A stretch of 62,326 bases of DNA, filler included. It is 15 parts of 15 records of this genome, joined end to end, with 100 filler letters (N's around TTAATTAATTAA, not from the genome) between each part and the next. Parts side by side here need not be neighbours in the genome. Positions count along the whole stretch, not along the records: positions 1 to 4,022 come from SRR15195285_14419; positions 4,123 to 7,586 come from SRR15195285_14458; positions 7,687 to 12,491 come from SRR15195285_14497; positions 12,592 to 15,915 come from SRR15195285_14542; 11 more parts are not named here. One strand, given 5' to 3'. Positions within the stretch are counted from its first letter, which is position 1. The number at the start of each line of letters is the position of its first letter. A program made the position numbers and the translations under genes. This document shows, piece after piece, positions 1-12,986 of the stretch. The notes below the pieces were generated by a model, which did no database searches, had not been told where the DNA came from, and saw only the letters and a list, made by a program, of their open reading frames with translations.

Positions 1-303
1 ACTCATTTCAACCTGGGCACATGCCGGCATGCGTGCTGGTTTGGTCCATCCGCGCGCCCGGCATCTGCGCGTGCGCCGTATACTAGTATGGATGGGGCAA
101 CTTCGCGACCGCGCGGCGGCGCGCGCTGCGCACGCGTTCGTGCTGGCATCGCGATAGCATACGTGAACACGACTACACGTACTACTTTACTATACCTTGT
201 CGACTGGTACCAGTCGTTTCTGTACAAGTACGCTAGCGGCAGGGGAGCGTACGTACGCGTGACAACGAGAACGCCGCGAAGTCAGTACTCGCTGTAGTCC
301 TGT

Positions 304-1509
304 ATGATGGGTTGTTGCTGGCCGCTGTGGGGCGTCGTGCTGCTGACGACGGCAAGCGCTAGCTCGAGTGTGCGAGGCTCCGGCGGCTCGGTCGGCTGTG
401 CGCTCCCCACCGCGGCGGCAGGTGAGCCGGTGAACACTCTGTTAGCGAGACGTTTACCACTCAACAAGACGGTGTCGCGAAAACTCGCCGTTGCTGACCG
501 GAACGGCCTAGTCCGGAACCGAAGCTACGCGATCCACCTCCCAAGCAACTATGACTACGAGAGCCCTCGGCCCGTGCCACTCCTGCTGTATATCCACGGA
601 CAATCCGGCACGGCAAAGGGCAGCATCGCACCATACGTTGCTATTGGGGAGCGCGAAGGTTTTATCACAGTTTCCGGGCAGGGGATGGACGATGGAAACT
701 GCAGTACTGGCTGGAACGTGGGCGCCACTGGCCTTACTGAGACCTGCACGCGAGAAGCATGGAGCCCGTTTGGTGCTGCCGCAACCTGTTGCTACGAAAC
801 GTGTCAAGAGCTAGGCAAGTGCAGCTCCGACGGCGAGGGAGCAAACTGCGGCTGGAGCACATGCTTCGAGGACCTGGACTTCTTCGCGGAGCTGCTCAAG
901 CATATCGGCCAAGAGGTGTGCGTCAATATGGGAGCTGTGTTTGCCACTGGCGCTTCGAACGGCGGAATGATGGTTCACCGGCTGACTGCTGAAATGCCAA
1001 CGGTATTTCGGGCGGTAGTTCCGATCTACGGACTTCCCCTGGCCGGCCAGCTTAAGGTTCCACAACCACTCGCGACGGTGTCCATCTTGCAGCTTCACGA
1101 CCGGTGGGATACGACGATTCCACTTGCTGGCGGGAAGTCGGGACAGGGATGGCTCTACGAATCACTCAATGCAACGCTGCGAGCCTGGGTCGACGTCGGT
1201 GCTGGTAAAGTGGCCGGGGCGGAATTGGTCAACTCGCTGCAGCCTCCGGTGCCAATCAAAACAGCTTGGGACGGTGGAGAGCAGCGGCTAGCTTGCATCG
1301 AGTACGCACAGCTGTCGCAAGCGGGTGCGAGCGATGATGACAGCGGACCGGAAGCAGCACTGGAGAGTGAGGACGATGTTTTGAAAACACCGCTTCGCCG
1401 AGTGATCCAGTGCTTGTTTGATGGGTATCACGGTTCATGGCTGCCTAGGAACCACGGTGAGGAGCTGACATGGTGGTTCTTCAAGCAATTTGTGCAACAA
1501 CGGTTGTAG
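304..1509 (+). CDS. Secreted alpha/beta-hydrolase, PHB-depolymerase/LpqC-like esterase (intronless, 401 aa)
   Basis: Hydrophobic signal peptide; PLLLYIHG motif; nucleophile elbow VFATGASNGGMM (G-x-S-x-G); candidate Asp in HDRWDTTIP and His in FDGYHGSW. Confidence 0.8.
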   Translation: MMGCCWPLWGVVLLTTASASSSVRGSGGSVGCALPTAAAGEPVNTLLARRLPLNKTVSRKLAVADRNGLVRNRSYAIHLPSNYDYESPRPVPLLLYIHGQSGTAKGSIAPYVAIGEREGFITVSGQGMDDGNCSTGWNVGATGLTETCTREAWSPFGAAATCCYETCQELGKCSSDGEGANCGWSTCFEDLDFFAELLKHIGQEVCVNMGAVFATGASNGGMMVHRLTAEMPTVFRAVVPIYGLPLAGQLKVPQPLATVSILQLHDRWDTTIPLAGGKSGQGWLYESLNATLRAWVDVGAGKVAGAELVNSLQPPVPIKTAWDGGEQRLACIEYAQLSQAGASDDDSGPEAALESEDDVLKTPLRRVIQCLFDGYHGSWLPRNHGEELTWWFFKQFVQQRL

Positions 1510-1594
1510 TAGTGGCGCGCACTATTTCACTCAGCATGCCGATTCACGCAACTGTGCATTCAAAAGCAACTATTCATACAAAAATGGGTACACA

Positions 1595-3748
1595 TTAATC
1601 GTGTGGCTCGAGGGGTTGAAAATGCCCACGCAACTGGGTCATCAAACTGCTGACAACGCCCGGGTTGAGGTGCGCGACGTTGTCATTCTCGTAGTCATCC
1701 AGCGCTGATAGTGTAAGGCCGTCATCGCCAGTGTGGTTGTAAAGCTCTGTACCGTTGATAGCGCTCCAGTCTGCTTGCAGTGCGTCCCCGTCCCACTGTA
1801 GCCACGCGGTAAGCCGCCACTCATTAGTCCGAATGCTGTAGCCCATGAAACCAAGAGACTCGCGTGGCGTCATCGTGCAGCTGTCAGCTACGGTCCATAC
1901 ATCGATCGGCAGGTTGGTGTGTGGGTCAATGAGGCAGTGCGCCTGCTGGCTGAACGCAGCATGTTTGGCCTTTGGGTTCTGAGTGTGGTCTGGGTTGACA
2001 AGCAGTGGTGCAAGTGAAACTCCGTCTACAGAGCTCTCAACCTTGGCCTCCAGTCCTGACAACTCGGCAAGCGTGCGGTAAATATCTATGTTCTCTGCAA
2101 ACGCCGCTGTGACCGCGCCGGAATGGCCGTACGGCGCCGATGCCCGGGGATCGCGGATCATGAATGGGATGTGCAAGGCTAGCTCAAACAACGTCGTCTT
2201 GCACCATTCGTTGTGTTCGCCGAGCTGCCAACCGTGGCTGAAGCCCAAACAGGCACACGCCACGTAATCATAATCGAAGGATAAATTGAAAACAACGGAT
2301 GCGGAACCATGCGTGTCATGCACGGATGTACACGGTGCGCCGCACTTACTCCGAAGTGAGCAAAGTAATCGTGTTGTCCCACTCTTTCATTGAGCGTGCT
2401 TTATCCAGCAGCTTTCCAAGTAACGAATCTGCAAATGAGACCGCAGCGTAGTAACCGTGGCGTGCGTGCTGAGCAAATTTGTCGCTGATCACCCGCCCTC
2501 CAGGCGTACAGTTGGCCGGCCCTCCACCCTCGTTCAGACCACACCACCCCGGTTCTGGTGCCTGGGCTGGTTGCTCACCCACTGGTCTCGCAGGAGCACC
2601 ACCGCATCCACCCTCGAAAGGAGCCCAGTGGCAAGAGTGATAAGCGATCGCAGGAGCGCCCCGTGGAAACTCTTTGTGAGCTGCGAGCGGAATCTCTTCG
2701 ATTGGCGTGTACATGTCGAAGAACTCAGCAGGAACACCCCAAGGAAGATGCGGCTGCCAACGACAATCACCTCCATGCTCTCAGCAGCCACCGCAAACAA
2801 AGGAACAAAAAGTGCAATGCTGTGCACAGCAGTATACAACCAGACGTAGTAGTGCGAATCTTCAAGCTCACTTTGTGGATCCCCATGCCTACAAAAAAGG
2901 GCTTGTGCTGAGTTCCAGCTGCCTTCTCCGCCTCCCACTGCTGCAAGTACCCAACCGCAGTGTCGGCAATAACAACATCTGGACAGGTGGTGTTTTTAGG
3001 TAGCGCGCAGTACATCGGCGCATGGGGAGCATCTCGGGTGGGAGCGCTGGCGCAGGTGCAGCCAGAGTTGCCGCCAGGATCAGTAGCGTTGACGCTCCAG
3101 CTACGCGGGTTGTCGTTGTCCACTGGCAGATTGGGATGAAAGAGCTTTCCTGCGACATGCAAGATAGTACCGCCGCGAGCTATCTCCGTGAAAGCGGAAC
3201 GCAGATATTCGATCTAGGTTATGAATGCGCACCTGTACCGACAGTCCAGTACCCATTCTGCTTGAAAAATTCAGGCAGCGCCGTCCAGGTGGTTCCCTCC
3301 CAGGCTTCGCATGTCTTACCCTCGCCAGGCGAGACTTTGCAACGCTGCCGAAACGAGTCGATGAAGTTCCAGTCCTGAGCGTGGTCTGGCATTCTGCCAC
3401 TCATGAAACTACGTGCATGGCGACAACGACGACGCGCGTGGCCAATGAGCGATACCACCCGAAATGGGTCAGAGCACGTGTTGACGGAACAGACCTGTTG
3501 CGAGATGGTGCGCAGTAAGGGTAGTTGGTGTAGGCGCGGTGGAAGACGAGACTTTCTGCTGCGAGCGAGTCGAAATGCGGCGTCTTCATTCCATCGTGGC
3601 CGAACGAAGACAGCTGTGGGCGTAGGTCGTCGTACACCACAAACAAAATGTTCGGTGGGGTGGCAGCTGCCGCATCAGCTCCGGCAGCAGACATCAGTAC
3701 AAGCGCCAGAACCACCCGGGGCAGCTTGAGTGGCAAGAACCGCGCCAT
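1595..3748 (-). CDS. Iduronate-2-sulfatase-like formylglycine-dependent sulfatase (S1 family), 5 exons
   Basis: Signal peptide, PNILFVVYDDLRP, CAPSR (CxPxR) motif, GKLFH, HK|PHLPW, TSD|HGWQLGEH. Four GT-AG introns (first 3409-3494) rejoin ORFs 3401-3844, 3219-3458, 2767-3162, 2346-2714 and 1595-2323 in frame. Confidence 0.93.
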
Positions 3749-3952
3749 CTGGGGCAATGAATTCAGGAACGATCGACGCTGCTGGCGCTGATTCGTTGCA
3801 ATCAGCTGTGTAGACAGAGCATGTTCGCAAGTTGTTTGCCGCAATGAAGACGGCCTACCAGATAAAGAGACCGCTGGCGCGCCCGCGGGTCTCGCTCTAG
3901 AGGTAGTCTAGCTAGCTAAATAGCTAGACGCGCTCGCGAGATGCTAATATAC

Positions 3953-3978
3953 CGCGCGCGCGCGCGCGCGCGCGCGCG
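3953..3978. repeat. (CG)13 dinucleotide tract upstream of the sulfatase
   Basis: Read directly. A similar 25-nt tract lies at 19792-19816 upstream of the PDI gene. Confidence 0.95.
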
Positions 3979-4022
3979 TACACGTACGGTATCAACTTGG
4001 CCCACAATGTGATTTCAGACAC

Positions 4023-4122
4023 NNNNNNNNNNNNNNNNNNNNNNNNNNNNNNNNNNNNNNNNNNNNTTAATTAATTAANNNNNNNNNNNNNNNNNNNNNN
4101 NNNNNNNNNNNNNNNNNNNNNN
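4023..4122. other. Artificial contig-joining linker (first of 14)
   Basis: 44 N + TTAATTAATTAA + 44 N. Identical linkers at 7587-7686, 12492-12591, 15916-16015, 19824-19923, 23175-23274, 26801-26900, 31446-31545, 35713-35812, 39085-39184, 43159-43258, 47242-47341, 51437-51536, 58038-58137. Sequences on either side are not physically linked. Confidence 0.99.
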
Positions 4123-4344
4123 AATCATAATTCAGAATTATACAGAATTCCCGATATGATCCTCTTATGTTGTACCGAAAGGGTACGGGAAGAACAGGGA
4201 ATGCCCCGTTCGCCCAGCATGTGGCATGATGCGATGTAGCGTCCGTCGTGACGACCGCCGGCCGGCGGCCGCTCGCGCGCGCCGCCGCGACGGACGCGCA
4301 GCACCGACGCACCCGCCCCGCCCCGATCGCGACCGTCCGAGTCT

Positions 4345-7257
4345 ATGGCGCTGCTTCTGTTCGTGGCGATGAGCACGGTGGAGGCGGCATCGCACCTTGA
4401 GGCGCGATCTAGCGGGGGTGCTTCAGGTAAGCTGGCGTTCCACAACGCTGGCACGCCACCGAACATCAGCCACAGCTACGACTGCGAGTCGCGTCGCCAC
4501 GCGTGGCGCTTTGCGCAGGCGACGTTGCCGCAGCGTGGCGAGTTCCGCAGCGCGTTCGACGCGCTGCAGCTGCAAGCATGTGGCTTGAGCCCACCGGAGT
4601 GCTGGGATGAATACGTACCGCCGAAGCTCCAAACTCCAGTTGGGACAGTCCTGTTCGCCGCGCCATCGGCGACTGCCAGCGGCGACGGCTCGAAGCAAAA
4701 CCCCTTGAGCCTGCGCGCCGCAGTAGCCGCAGTCGCCAGTGCCGAGAAACCTGTGGTACTGGTGCTGCGCAAAGGTGTCTACCACCTCACGCGATCGCTC
4801 CAGCTCGGTCCTGCGCATTCGAACCTCACGATTCAGAACTTCGAGGGCGAAGAGGTGGAAATCAGCGGCGCGGTGCCAGTGCACGTGGCGTCGAAATCGG
4901 CTTGGAAGCTAGTGAATGAAAGTACGAACACGTGGCAGCTCGACGTCCGCGGACAGAAACTCTTCCCTAGTTATGGGTTGCGAGTTGGCACGCAGCGTGC
5001 AGTGTTAGCGAAATTTCCGAACGGAGACCCCGCGCTCTCCGCCGTGCATATGGACAGTGGTTCCATACCATATGGGCCGGGTCGATATCTGAACGGTTCT
5101 GGCCGCTCGATGCGCATTCCGACGTACTTCTCTCGTGAGCACGCACCGGTCAATACCACGATCGAATACTGGGCACGACCGGTGGACTGGCCAGGCGTTT
5201 ACTGGCACGAGTTTTCTACTGCTACCCACGCTCCGATGGACGGTGCAGGAGGCTACGGTGCGTGGTTTCACGCTGAAGGCGGCATTTGCTCCGGGCGCCA
5301 GGTTCCGTACGGCTACTGGTGCTCTGCCAATGCGCCGCGCTCGGGTGGTGGAAAGCTGCAACCCCCTTACAATCCTCCAGGCGGCTTTCTCTACGCGAGC
5401 AACGACAGCCTACCTCAGGCTGCTAGCTACAGGAACGCAAGCGGAGCGGTCTTCCACGCGCGTGGCGGAACGAATCCTTACTTCTCCTACATGTGCTTGG
5501 TCGACTCCATAAATGTCACCAGTGGTACTGTTCACTTCGATCAGACAGTCGGGTGCGACCAAGGGGGCCCAACGACCGAGAGTGGCGCAGCGTGGGACTG
5601 GTTTATTGAAGGCGTTCTCGAGGAGTGCGACAGTCCCGGCGAGTATTTTTTGGATGAGCATACGGAGCAGCTTTACTACACCTTCAACACCAGCACTTCT
5701 CCTACAGGAAACGAAATTATGTCGGTCACTCGTGCCAAGATACTTTTAAACATTACGGGAACTCAGGAGGAGCCAGTCCGTGACATTACGATCACGGGAA
5801 TTACTTTCCGTGACGCGGCGATGACTTTTCTCGGCACGACAGAGGCGGACAAGCACTATTTGCCCTCAAGTGGAGACTGGGCATTGCAGCGATCAGGCGC
5901 CATCACACTTGCTGGCGTGGAGAACGTTAGGATCACGGCAAATCAGTTCACTCAATGTGATGGCAACGCAATCTCGCTGAATGACTACGCACGTGACGTC
6001 GCGTTTGTCGGAAACGACTTCAACTGGATTGGAGAAAGCGCCATGACCGCATTTGGGTCTACTACACCCTGTGTCAATGCGAATTGCTCCGTCAAACTGC
6101 CCGGCGCCGTAGGTCCGGATGGCCGCGGCGGGAATCAGCCACGTGGTACGAGAGTGGTCGGAAATGTGGTGCGAGAATTTGGCATCTGGCAGAAACAATC
6201 GTCTGCTTGGGCACAACAGTTGACCGCGGAGAGCTGGATCGAGGGCAACGTGATTTTCAACTCACCGCGTGCCGCAATCAACTTTTGGTGAGTCATGTTC
6301 AACTCTTCACCTCTCGTCAGTGCAAACGAATGCTTGCAAATGACTCATCCACAACTCTGCGGCATCGAGTCCTTTTCAACTCGTCAATTCGTCGTTTTCC
6401 TCACGGTTTTCAACTTCTGCTTCAGTGATGGCTTCGCGGGTGGTGACACGGTGATCGGCAACCTGCTGTTCGGACACTGCCGCGAGACGACAGAGGTAGG
6501 GCCGATCAATTCGTGGCATCGTGCTCCTTACATCTACGACAGCGGTCTCGTCGACGACGTCAACGGCAGCAGCATCACGCCAAGCCTTGCAGAGATTGTG
6601 GCTGGCGCCACGCCCGGGTACCGTGCTGCACCGGCTGGAGTTGGCTCGGTGGTCAGCAACTACCGACGAATTGCGCACAACTTCTTGGTCGGGAGTTACA
6701 ACGTTTACGACAACATCGAAACAGATGATGCTAGCTCGCGCTATCTCACATACTCCAACTATCTTCTGTATGGAAAGGTTGTAATCAACTCTGCCATGCT
6801 GCATGGAAACTGGAACTATAATGTCGGGAATGTCCACGCTTATCCGCAGCAAATCGGCACGGGGTGGGGTGGCGGGGGTCAACAGACTTTCGTGTACAAC
6901 GGAACGATCTTGATGCGCGACGCCAACGACGAGTGGTGCAACGAACTTCTGACACAGGTGCTCAACAATACCATTTACACTCCTGGCGCTGCTGGCAGTG
7001 ACACTATATCTAGGAAGGACCAGGGCATCGTGGCAATAAACGATACGGACGACAAGGGGCGCCTCGCAGGCCAGTGTTGCGCGCCCGCTTGCCCTGCAAT
7101 CCCATGTCCACCTGGCCCACCACCTCCTGGGCGGTGCTCGGGTGGTGGCAATGTGTTGCGGGTCGGTGTGCTGCAGGACGCAGAGGTAACGGCAAAGGCG
7201 AGCGAGGTGCTCGCCCCGTATCCACGCTCCTATCAGGACGCTGATGTGCAACAATGA
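4345..7257 (+). CDS. Secreted right-handed parallel beta-helix protein (GH141-like/pectin-lyase fold), 2 exons
   Basis: Signal peptide; GDGSKQNP..LRKGVYHL start of the beta-helix; LEECDSPGEYF; ITITGITFRD and REFGIWQKQSSA repeats. GT-AG intron 6288-6425 gives AAINF-C-DGFAGG. Confidence 0.8.
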
Positions 7258-7775
7258 ATTGTTGTACCATACGTAGTGGGTGACACCAACTATGTGAGTG
7301 GGCCGGTCTAGGTAGAGCCAGCGAGACCCCCAGCAACACCGCGCGCCAGCACTCCCGAAGTGCCCAGGGCGCGCGCTTAAACTCCTACGAGCTTGTCCGC
7401 AGATTGCATCGCGAATGTGTACACGGAAATGTGTCGAAATCCCGATATATGGGGGGGGGGGCGCAGGGGGATGAGCTAGACCAGAACACTAACAAAACCC
7501 GTACAGTACGAGGGAGGGAAGGACTGCGGTCGACTGCATCAGGCAACTGGCCTGATGGAATGCAACCATGCAGTCCTGAATCGTTCNNNNNNNNNNNNNN
7601 NNNNNNNNNNNNNNNNNNNNNNNNNNNNNNTTAATTAATTAANNNNNNNNNNNNNNNNNNNNNNNNNNNNNNNNNNNNNNNNNNNNTCAATTTGATCTCA
7701 TAGTCAACCTGGGTACAGGGTACTGAGGGGGTCAGCCACTCGCTGCTTGGTGGTTTAGTGGGGTCCGTGTGGTTA

Positions 7776-7873
7776 CAGTTGCAGTTGCAGATTATTGCGA
7801 GTACGGTACAGAAGGTTACACTTGCCGTTGCACTTGCACTTGCACTTGCAGTTGATTACAAGTACAGAAGGTA
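7776..7873. repeat. Degenerate hexamer (TTGCAS)n tract with duplicated GTACAGAAGGT
   Basis: ttgcagttgcag ... ttgcacttgcacttgcacttgcagttg; gtacagaaggt occurs twice. Confidence 0.7.
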
Positions 7874-8253
7874 ATACCATCTAAGGCCATCGCGACTTGC
7901 CTTCAAGCCAAGTCAGTTCTAGATTTTTCTGCCGGGTGGGCCGACCGATTGTCTGGGTTCTTAGCATCGGCATGCGTTCAAGATATCAGTCGTATTGAAC
8001 CACAAACAAAAGCATGTGTTGCATTTCGGGAACACGTCGCTGCCACGGCATCGTTTGTTCAAAAGGAGGTGACAGTTATGAACGGGTGCGCCGAGGCAAT
8101 TATGCCTTCTCTGCTGGCAACCTCCCAAACAGTGTGATTAATGCGGGTTGCAGTAGTACAGAAAAGTTACCCACATCCGCACTAAGCCGACACGGGCGAT
8201 AGAAAAAGGATGAACACGATTTCAGACCATTATCATACAAGCATATTCTCCTT

Positions 8254-9254
8254 CTACTCTCCCCTGTCCAGCTCGTTCGCCAACCCTTGGCCAGCCGGCC
8301 TGCACACAACAGCAAACATCAGCTACGATCTAGGTGTTGAAGTGCATTGATGGCGAGGTCTATCACTCACGCTGGCCTGTCATCTGGTGGAGACGGTGGA
8401 GTTTCCAAAGCCGCAGGCTGTGGTATCAACGGCGGCGCCGGGTTGATGGATCCAGCAGGCGAGCGACCGGGCATGGGAAGTGCGCCGAAATCAGAGAGTA
8501 ACCCCAACGGGTCACCGTCCGTTGGTGCGCCAAACATTGCCAGGTCTGGCGAGGAAGCCGTCGCTGTGCCTGATGCAGCACCACCCACAGATGATTGCAT
8601 TGGCGGAAGTGTCGGGCCGTGAGCACCGCCTCCGCCCACTGCTGCCTGCACCACCCCTTTGTAATTCTGTGGTCCGATACAATCAGCGATCGTCGCTGCC
8701 TGTGCAGTTAACTGCTCCGCCTGTGTGCGGTACTCGGCTGCACTCTCACCTCCTGTTTCAGCCAATGAGTTGAATCGATAGGCAAGCGTACTGGATAGAT
8801 GTCTTTTCCCCTCCGAATCACCAATCGCCCGCGCCATCGCTAGCGATGTTTCCAGCTCAGCGATCACTGCCTCGGCCACATCCGCGCATTTCAGCAGCTC
8901 TGCTTGCCTTCGCACCTGGCCTGCGATCGCATCAAGATAGGCTGCGATCCCAGCTTTGCACGGATCTTTATGGTCTGGCCAGTGGGCCTGCTGGCACTCC
9001 TTGCCTGCTCCGATTAATGATTACCTTGGCCCGCGGTCACAAAAAAGGTACAGATTTCATTGAATGCAAAGTTGATCGGATGTGGTGGTCGAGAGAACGT
9101 GGAACAAGTATACGCAGGTACTACAATAATGGGCGAGGCCACAGCGTGCGCATCGTTTGGTCGCGTTGGGCTTGTGGCACTGCGCGCAAGGATGGGCACG
9201 GCACGCTCGCTGCGGGTCCCATGGCAAGAAGCTGCCGTCCGAGCTGTAGCTCAT
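8254..9254 (-). CDS. MYND-type zinc-finger protein, 3 exons (start uncertain)
   Basis: CAQC..KRCARCGLAHYCS joined across intron 9005-9121 (GTACCT..GCAG) to KECQQAHWPDHKDPC, completing a MYND finger. Continues into ORF 8367-8915, then a GTGAGT intron and a last exon ending ELDRGE-TAG. Confidence 0.8.
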
Positions 9255-10146
9255 CCCTTCAGTGCTGGGCCTCGGCGAGCTCCACGACGGACCCCCCCGG
9301 GGGCCAGTGGCAGCACTCCGACTTCCTGCTCTGCTCGCAAGCGATCGATATATCCGCTGTACCGCCGCTGGCGAGGTCCGAAAATACGTTGCAATGTGCA
9401 GCGCCAGTGCTAGCGGGCTGCACGTGCTGATCGATGCGTTCGTTGCGCTGCACGTCGGCGTGACGGAAGCGCGCGCGGCGAGCGTGCGCGCGCGCGTGCG
9501 TGCATTGGAGTGTGTGCCTGAATGAAAAAATGCGTACACACATGCGGGCGCGGGGCGGCGGCGCGCGCGCGCGCCGCCGCCGGCCATCACCAAGTTATAG
9601 ACAGACAACCCCAAGCCATGCCCCAAGCGGGCTAATGCATTGGCAGCAAAACGAAACCGATGCGTGTCGGAGCACTCGAAAGACCAATGTCTAGCTTGCC
9701 CTCTACCTCCACAACCCACCGTCAGTTGAGTACACAGCTCATCTGTCCAGCTATCCTCCTCTTACTCAACTAATCGGGTTCCACCCTGCTCCACTCCGTG
9801 CCCCTCCAGCGGCGCGAGAGTCGAGGCAAGGCATCGGCGTTGCCACCCAAGGCAATTCGGTATATCAGCTCAACTCTGGCCACCAACCTACACGGCAGTG
9901 CCTCCCCACAGTGCACAGTTAGTGAGTGAGCCAGCAGTGACGGTTGTGGTTGGTGGTGCAAGTGTGAAGGAACGGAAGATCAGTTTTCATGCAGCCGCGC
10001 GAGGATGTGCCACTGGCTGCTAGTTGGCCTTGCCCAGCAGGTACGCGTGGGGGAAAGCTGTTCAGGCTAGACCCACGGGACTATACCAGGGCGCACGAAC
10101 TGAGAAACCGCGAATGCATTCAGCAACAGTGCGTGTCATTTGTTTG

Positions 10147-12302
10147 TTATGTGCCAATGCCACCGAAACACACGTATTTGCCCTCTTGATACTCATCCAA
10201 GCCCTCATGGCTCCCTTCGCGTCCAAGGCCACTCTCTTTGATGCCACCAAATGGAGCCACTTCCGTTGAAATGACACCCTCGTTTACACCCACCCTACGG
10301 TTGTAGGCAACGCAAACATGATATCAGACAAGAGAGCAGAATGCACAGCATAGGGTCCCACGCGACAAACCAACACTGGCGAGACAGCTCCGTCGCACAT
10401 TCCATACTCTAGAGATTCTGAAACGCGAAAGCACCGGCCAACATCCCTGCTATAGAAGTACGCGGCAAGGCCAGCTCGGGTGTCATTTGCAATGGCCAGG
10501 ACCTCCTCCTCCGTCGAGAATCGAACCAGTGGTGCAAGTGGACCGAAAGTTTCCTCTTTCATCACCTGCAGTCAAACGCACCATAGAAGCACAGACAGGC
10601 GTGATGTTCACCAGATGCAAAGCTCACACTCAATTTAGTAAGCAAGACCACGGATGTGAGGTCGGTTTGTGCGCTGGGTGTTGCACCACGCAGATCACTC
10701 TAAATGTACGTTGAGCAGCAGGTTGGCGTTGATGTGGTTGCTGAAGCGCACCAAGGCGTCCGTCGACACGTCTGTCAGGACAGTAGGCGCAAAAAAGTTT
10801 GCGCCCGCCTCTGGCAGCTTCTTGCCACCGGTACGAACCTGCAGCCACCATACAGCAAGCCAGACCAATCTAAGCAAGTTGGGTCGAGACACCGTCTGTG
10901 ACAACCTATGGACTGTGTGTCGCAGATCCCGACTACCAAGATTTGTATGGGTCACAGTCACCGTTGCACCCTTGGCGATCGCATCCTCACAGTGCGCGCT
11001 GACCTTGTCCACGCCGGCGACGTTGATCTATCCCAGGACAAACGGAGTAAATCAGCAGAAGTCAAACTCCACAACACATACAGTTGGCATGCAAGCAACG
11101 CCCACGCCCAGTCGCTGACTATGAATGGAAAGATCAGCCAGTGGCGCCGGCGCTGCTTGCCCGGTGGTTCGTTGGCTTACCAGCGGACCAATCACAGTGG
11201 TCGGGTCCACACCCGGCCCGACCGTCATTTGCTCTACTTGAGACGTGAACTTGGCCGCAAACTCATTGTACACTGCGTCTTGGACAAAGATTCGATTAGC
11301 GCAAACGCAGGTCTGACCAGCGTTGCGAAACTTGCTGCCGATTAGACCTTGAACCGCCGCGTCCAGGTCAGCGTCCTCGAAGACGATGAACGGTGCGTTG
11401 CCTCCCAATTCAAGCGACACTCGCTTAACCGTACTCGCACTTTGGGCCATGAGAAGCTTCCCAACTGCCGTCGAACCAGTGAAGCTGATCTTGCGAACAG
11501 ATGGGTTGGTCGCTAGCTCTGTGCCAATGAGCGGAGCCGCGGCCTTGGAGCCCGTCACTACCGTCATCGCATCTCGCGGCACACCAGCACGTCTGCCCAG
11601 CTCCACGACCGCTAGTGCGGAGAGCGGCGTGTCCTCACTGGGTTTGACAACTGCCGTACAACCAGCAGCGAGAGCAGGGCCAAGCTTGCGTGTGATCATT
11701 GCTGCTGGGAAGTTCCAGGGCGTGACCATGCCGCACACGCCCACAGGTTGCTTGATTGTTACCAGCCGCCGGCCGGGCATCGGATGAGGAATCACATCGC
11801 CGGACGCGCGCTTTGCTTCCTCAGCAAACCACTTTAGGAAAGACGCTGCGTAACCGACCTCGCCACGCGACTCGGCAAGGGGCTTGCCGCACTCTGCCGT
11901 CATTATCATGGCCAGATCATCGACGTGCTCATGCATGAGATCATGCCATTTCTCGAGAATGGTTGAGCGCTGCTTAACAACCATGCCACTCCACTCTGGG
12001 CCAGCTTCGTAGGCCGCATCGATAGCAGCGCGCGTCTCCTCGGTTCCGTTGTCGAACACCGAGGCGATCGCGCTACCAGTAGCAGGGTCGAACACCTCGA
12101 CCCGCTCGGTCGCCCCGAAATCATCCTCGACGAGCAGGCTTGGGTCAAGCAGTGAGGAGGCCAGCTCTGGCGAGGGAACAGCGGTGCTCACCGTCCGCCC
12201 AGCGCGCGCCCTCGGCAGCCCTGCCGCGTTACAGCGGCTGGCAGTACCACGCAAAGCCCCGCGTCGCACGAGCAGGCAGCTCCGGACAGTGAACGCCGAC
12301 AT
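10147..12302 (-). CDS. ALDH5A1: Succinate-semialdehyde dehydrogenase, mitochondrial-type, 5 exons
   Basis: Arg/Ala-rich presequence; [43 protein letters not shown] and [16 protein letters not shown] motifs; four GT-AG introns; ends [13 protein letters not shown]. Confidence 0.95.
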
Positions 12303-12860
12303 CACGGCCACAAACGGACGTAGTTCGATCGCCGGACGCCGCCGGCGCGCGCGCGCCGCGGCGCCGCGCGCCGCGGTCGGTGCGCGGTGCATGCCGCCGG
12401 CGCGCACGCACCTTACCCGCGTTACCGCGCGGTAATAGAATGCATCACAACTTTGCCGCCGCTATAGTACCGGAACGCAACCGGTGTACGGNNNNNNNNN
12501 NNNNNNNNNNNNNNNNNNNNNNNNNNNNNNNNNNNTTAATTAATTAANNNNNNNNNNNNNNNNNNNNNNNNNNNNNNNNNNNNNNNNNNNNAACGGTTAG
12601 TAACAACTTGTAGGGTGACCTATTGGGGAGGCGCAAGCCGAGTTTGGGGCGTTATGAACTCGGAGAAGGTGGCGAACCGGCTACCGTTTCGAGTTAGAAA
12701 AACTGCGCTAAAAATAGATCGTGCTTTCAATAAGCGACACAGCGCGCACGAATGCATTGTAACGCTCGCCACGGACATGTGGGACACCATGGCAATGATG
12801 ATGATCGCGGTGGGTCTGATTTCGGGCACCCGCATATGGTATGCAATGTGGGACGCGGAA

Positions 12861-12986
12861 CACCACGAAGACAAGCGCGAAGACCAGCGTGAAGACCTCT
12901 GCGAAGACCTCTGCGAAGACCGGCGCGAAGACCGGCGCGAAGACCACCACGAAGACCGCCACCACGAGGACCACCGCCGCGAATAC
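12861..12986. repeat. 12-nt minisatellite (NNNNNNGAAGAC) x8 plus two degenerate 15-nt units
   Basis: caccacgaagac aagcgcgaagac cagcgtgaagac ctctgcgaagac ctctgcgaagac cggcgcgaagac cggcgcgaagac caccacgaagac, read directly. Confidence 0.92.

Noticed and set aside
4067-4078. TTAATTAATTAA as a repeated biological motif, and ORFs ending in X..LIN
   Set aside because: It is a synthetic six-frame stop spacer embedded in N runs.
6376-7254. Long antisense ORFs (also 34309-34968, 39357-40049, 40733-41392, 49109-50155, 57130-57849)
   Set aside because: They are shadows of genuine genes on the opposite strand in GC-rich DNA and carry no recognisable motifs.
7346-7376. GC-rich hairpin after the beta-helix gene (terminator or Helitron end)
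   Set aside because: Rho-independent terminators do not apply to a eukaryotic gene, there is no clear CTRR terminus, and such stems are expected in CG-repeat-rich DNA.
12861-12986. CRISPR-like repeat-spacer array
   Set aside because: The constant part is only 6 nt with 6-nt variable parts, there are no cas genes, and the context is eukaryotic.
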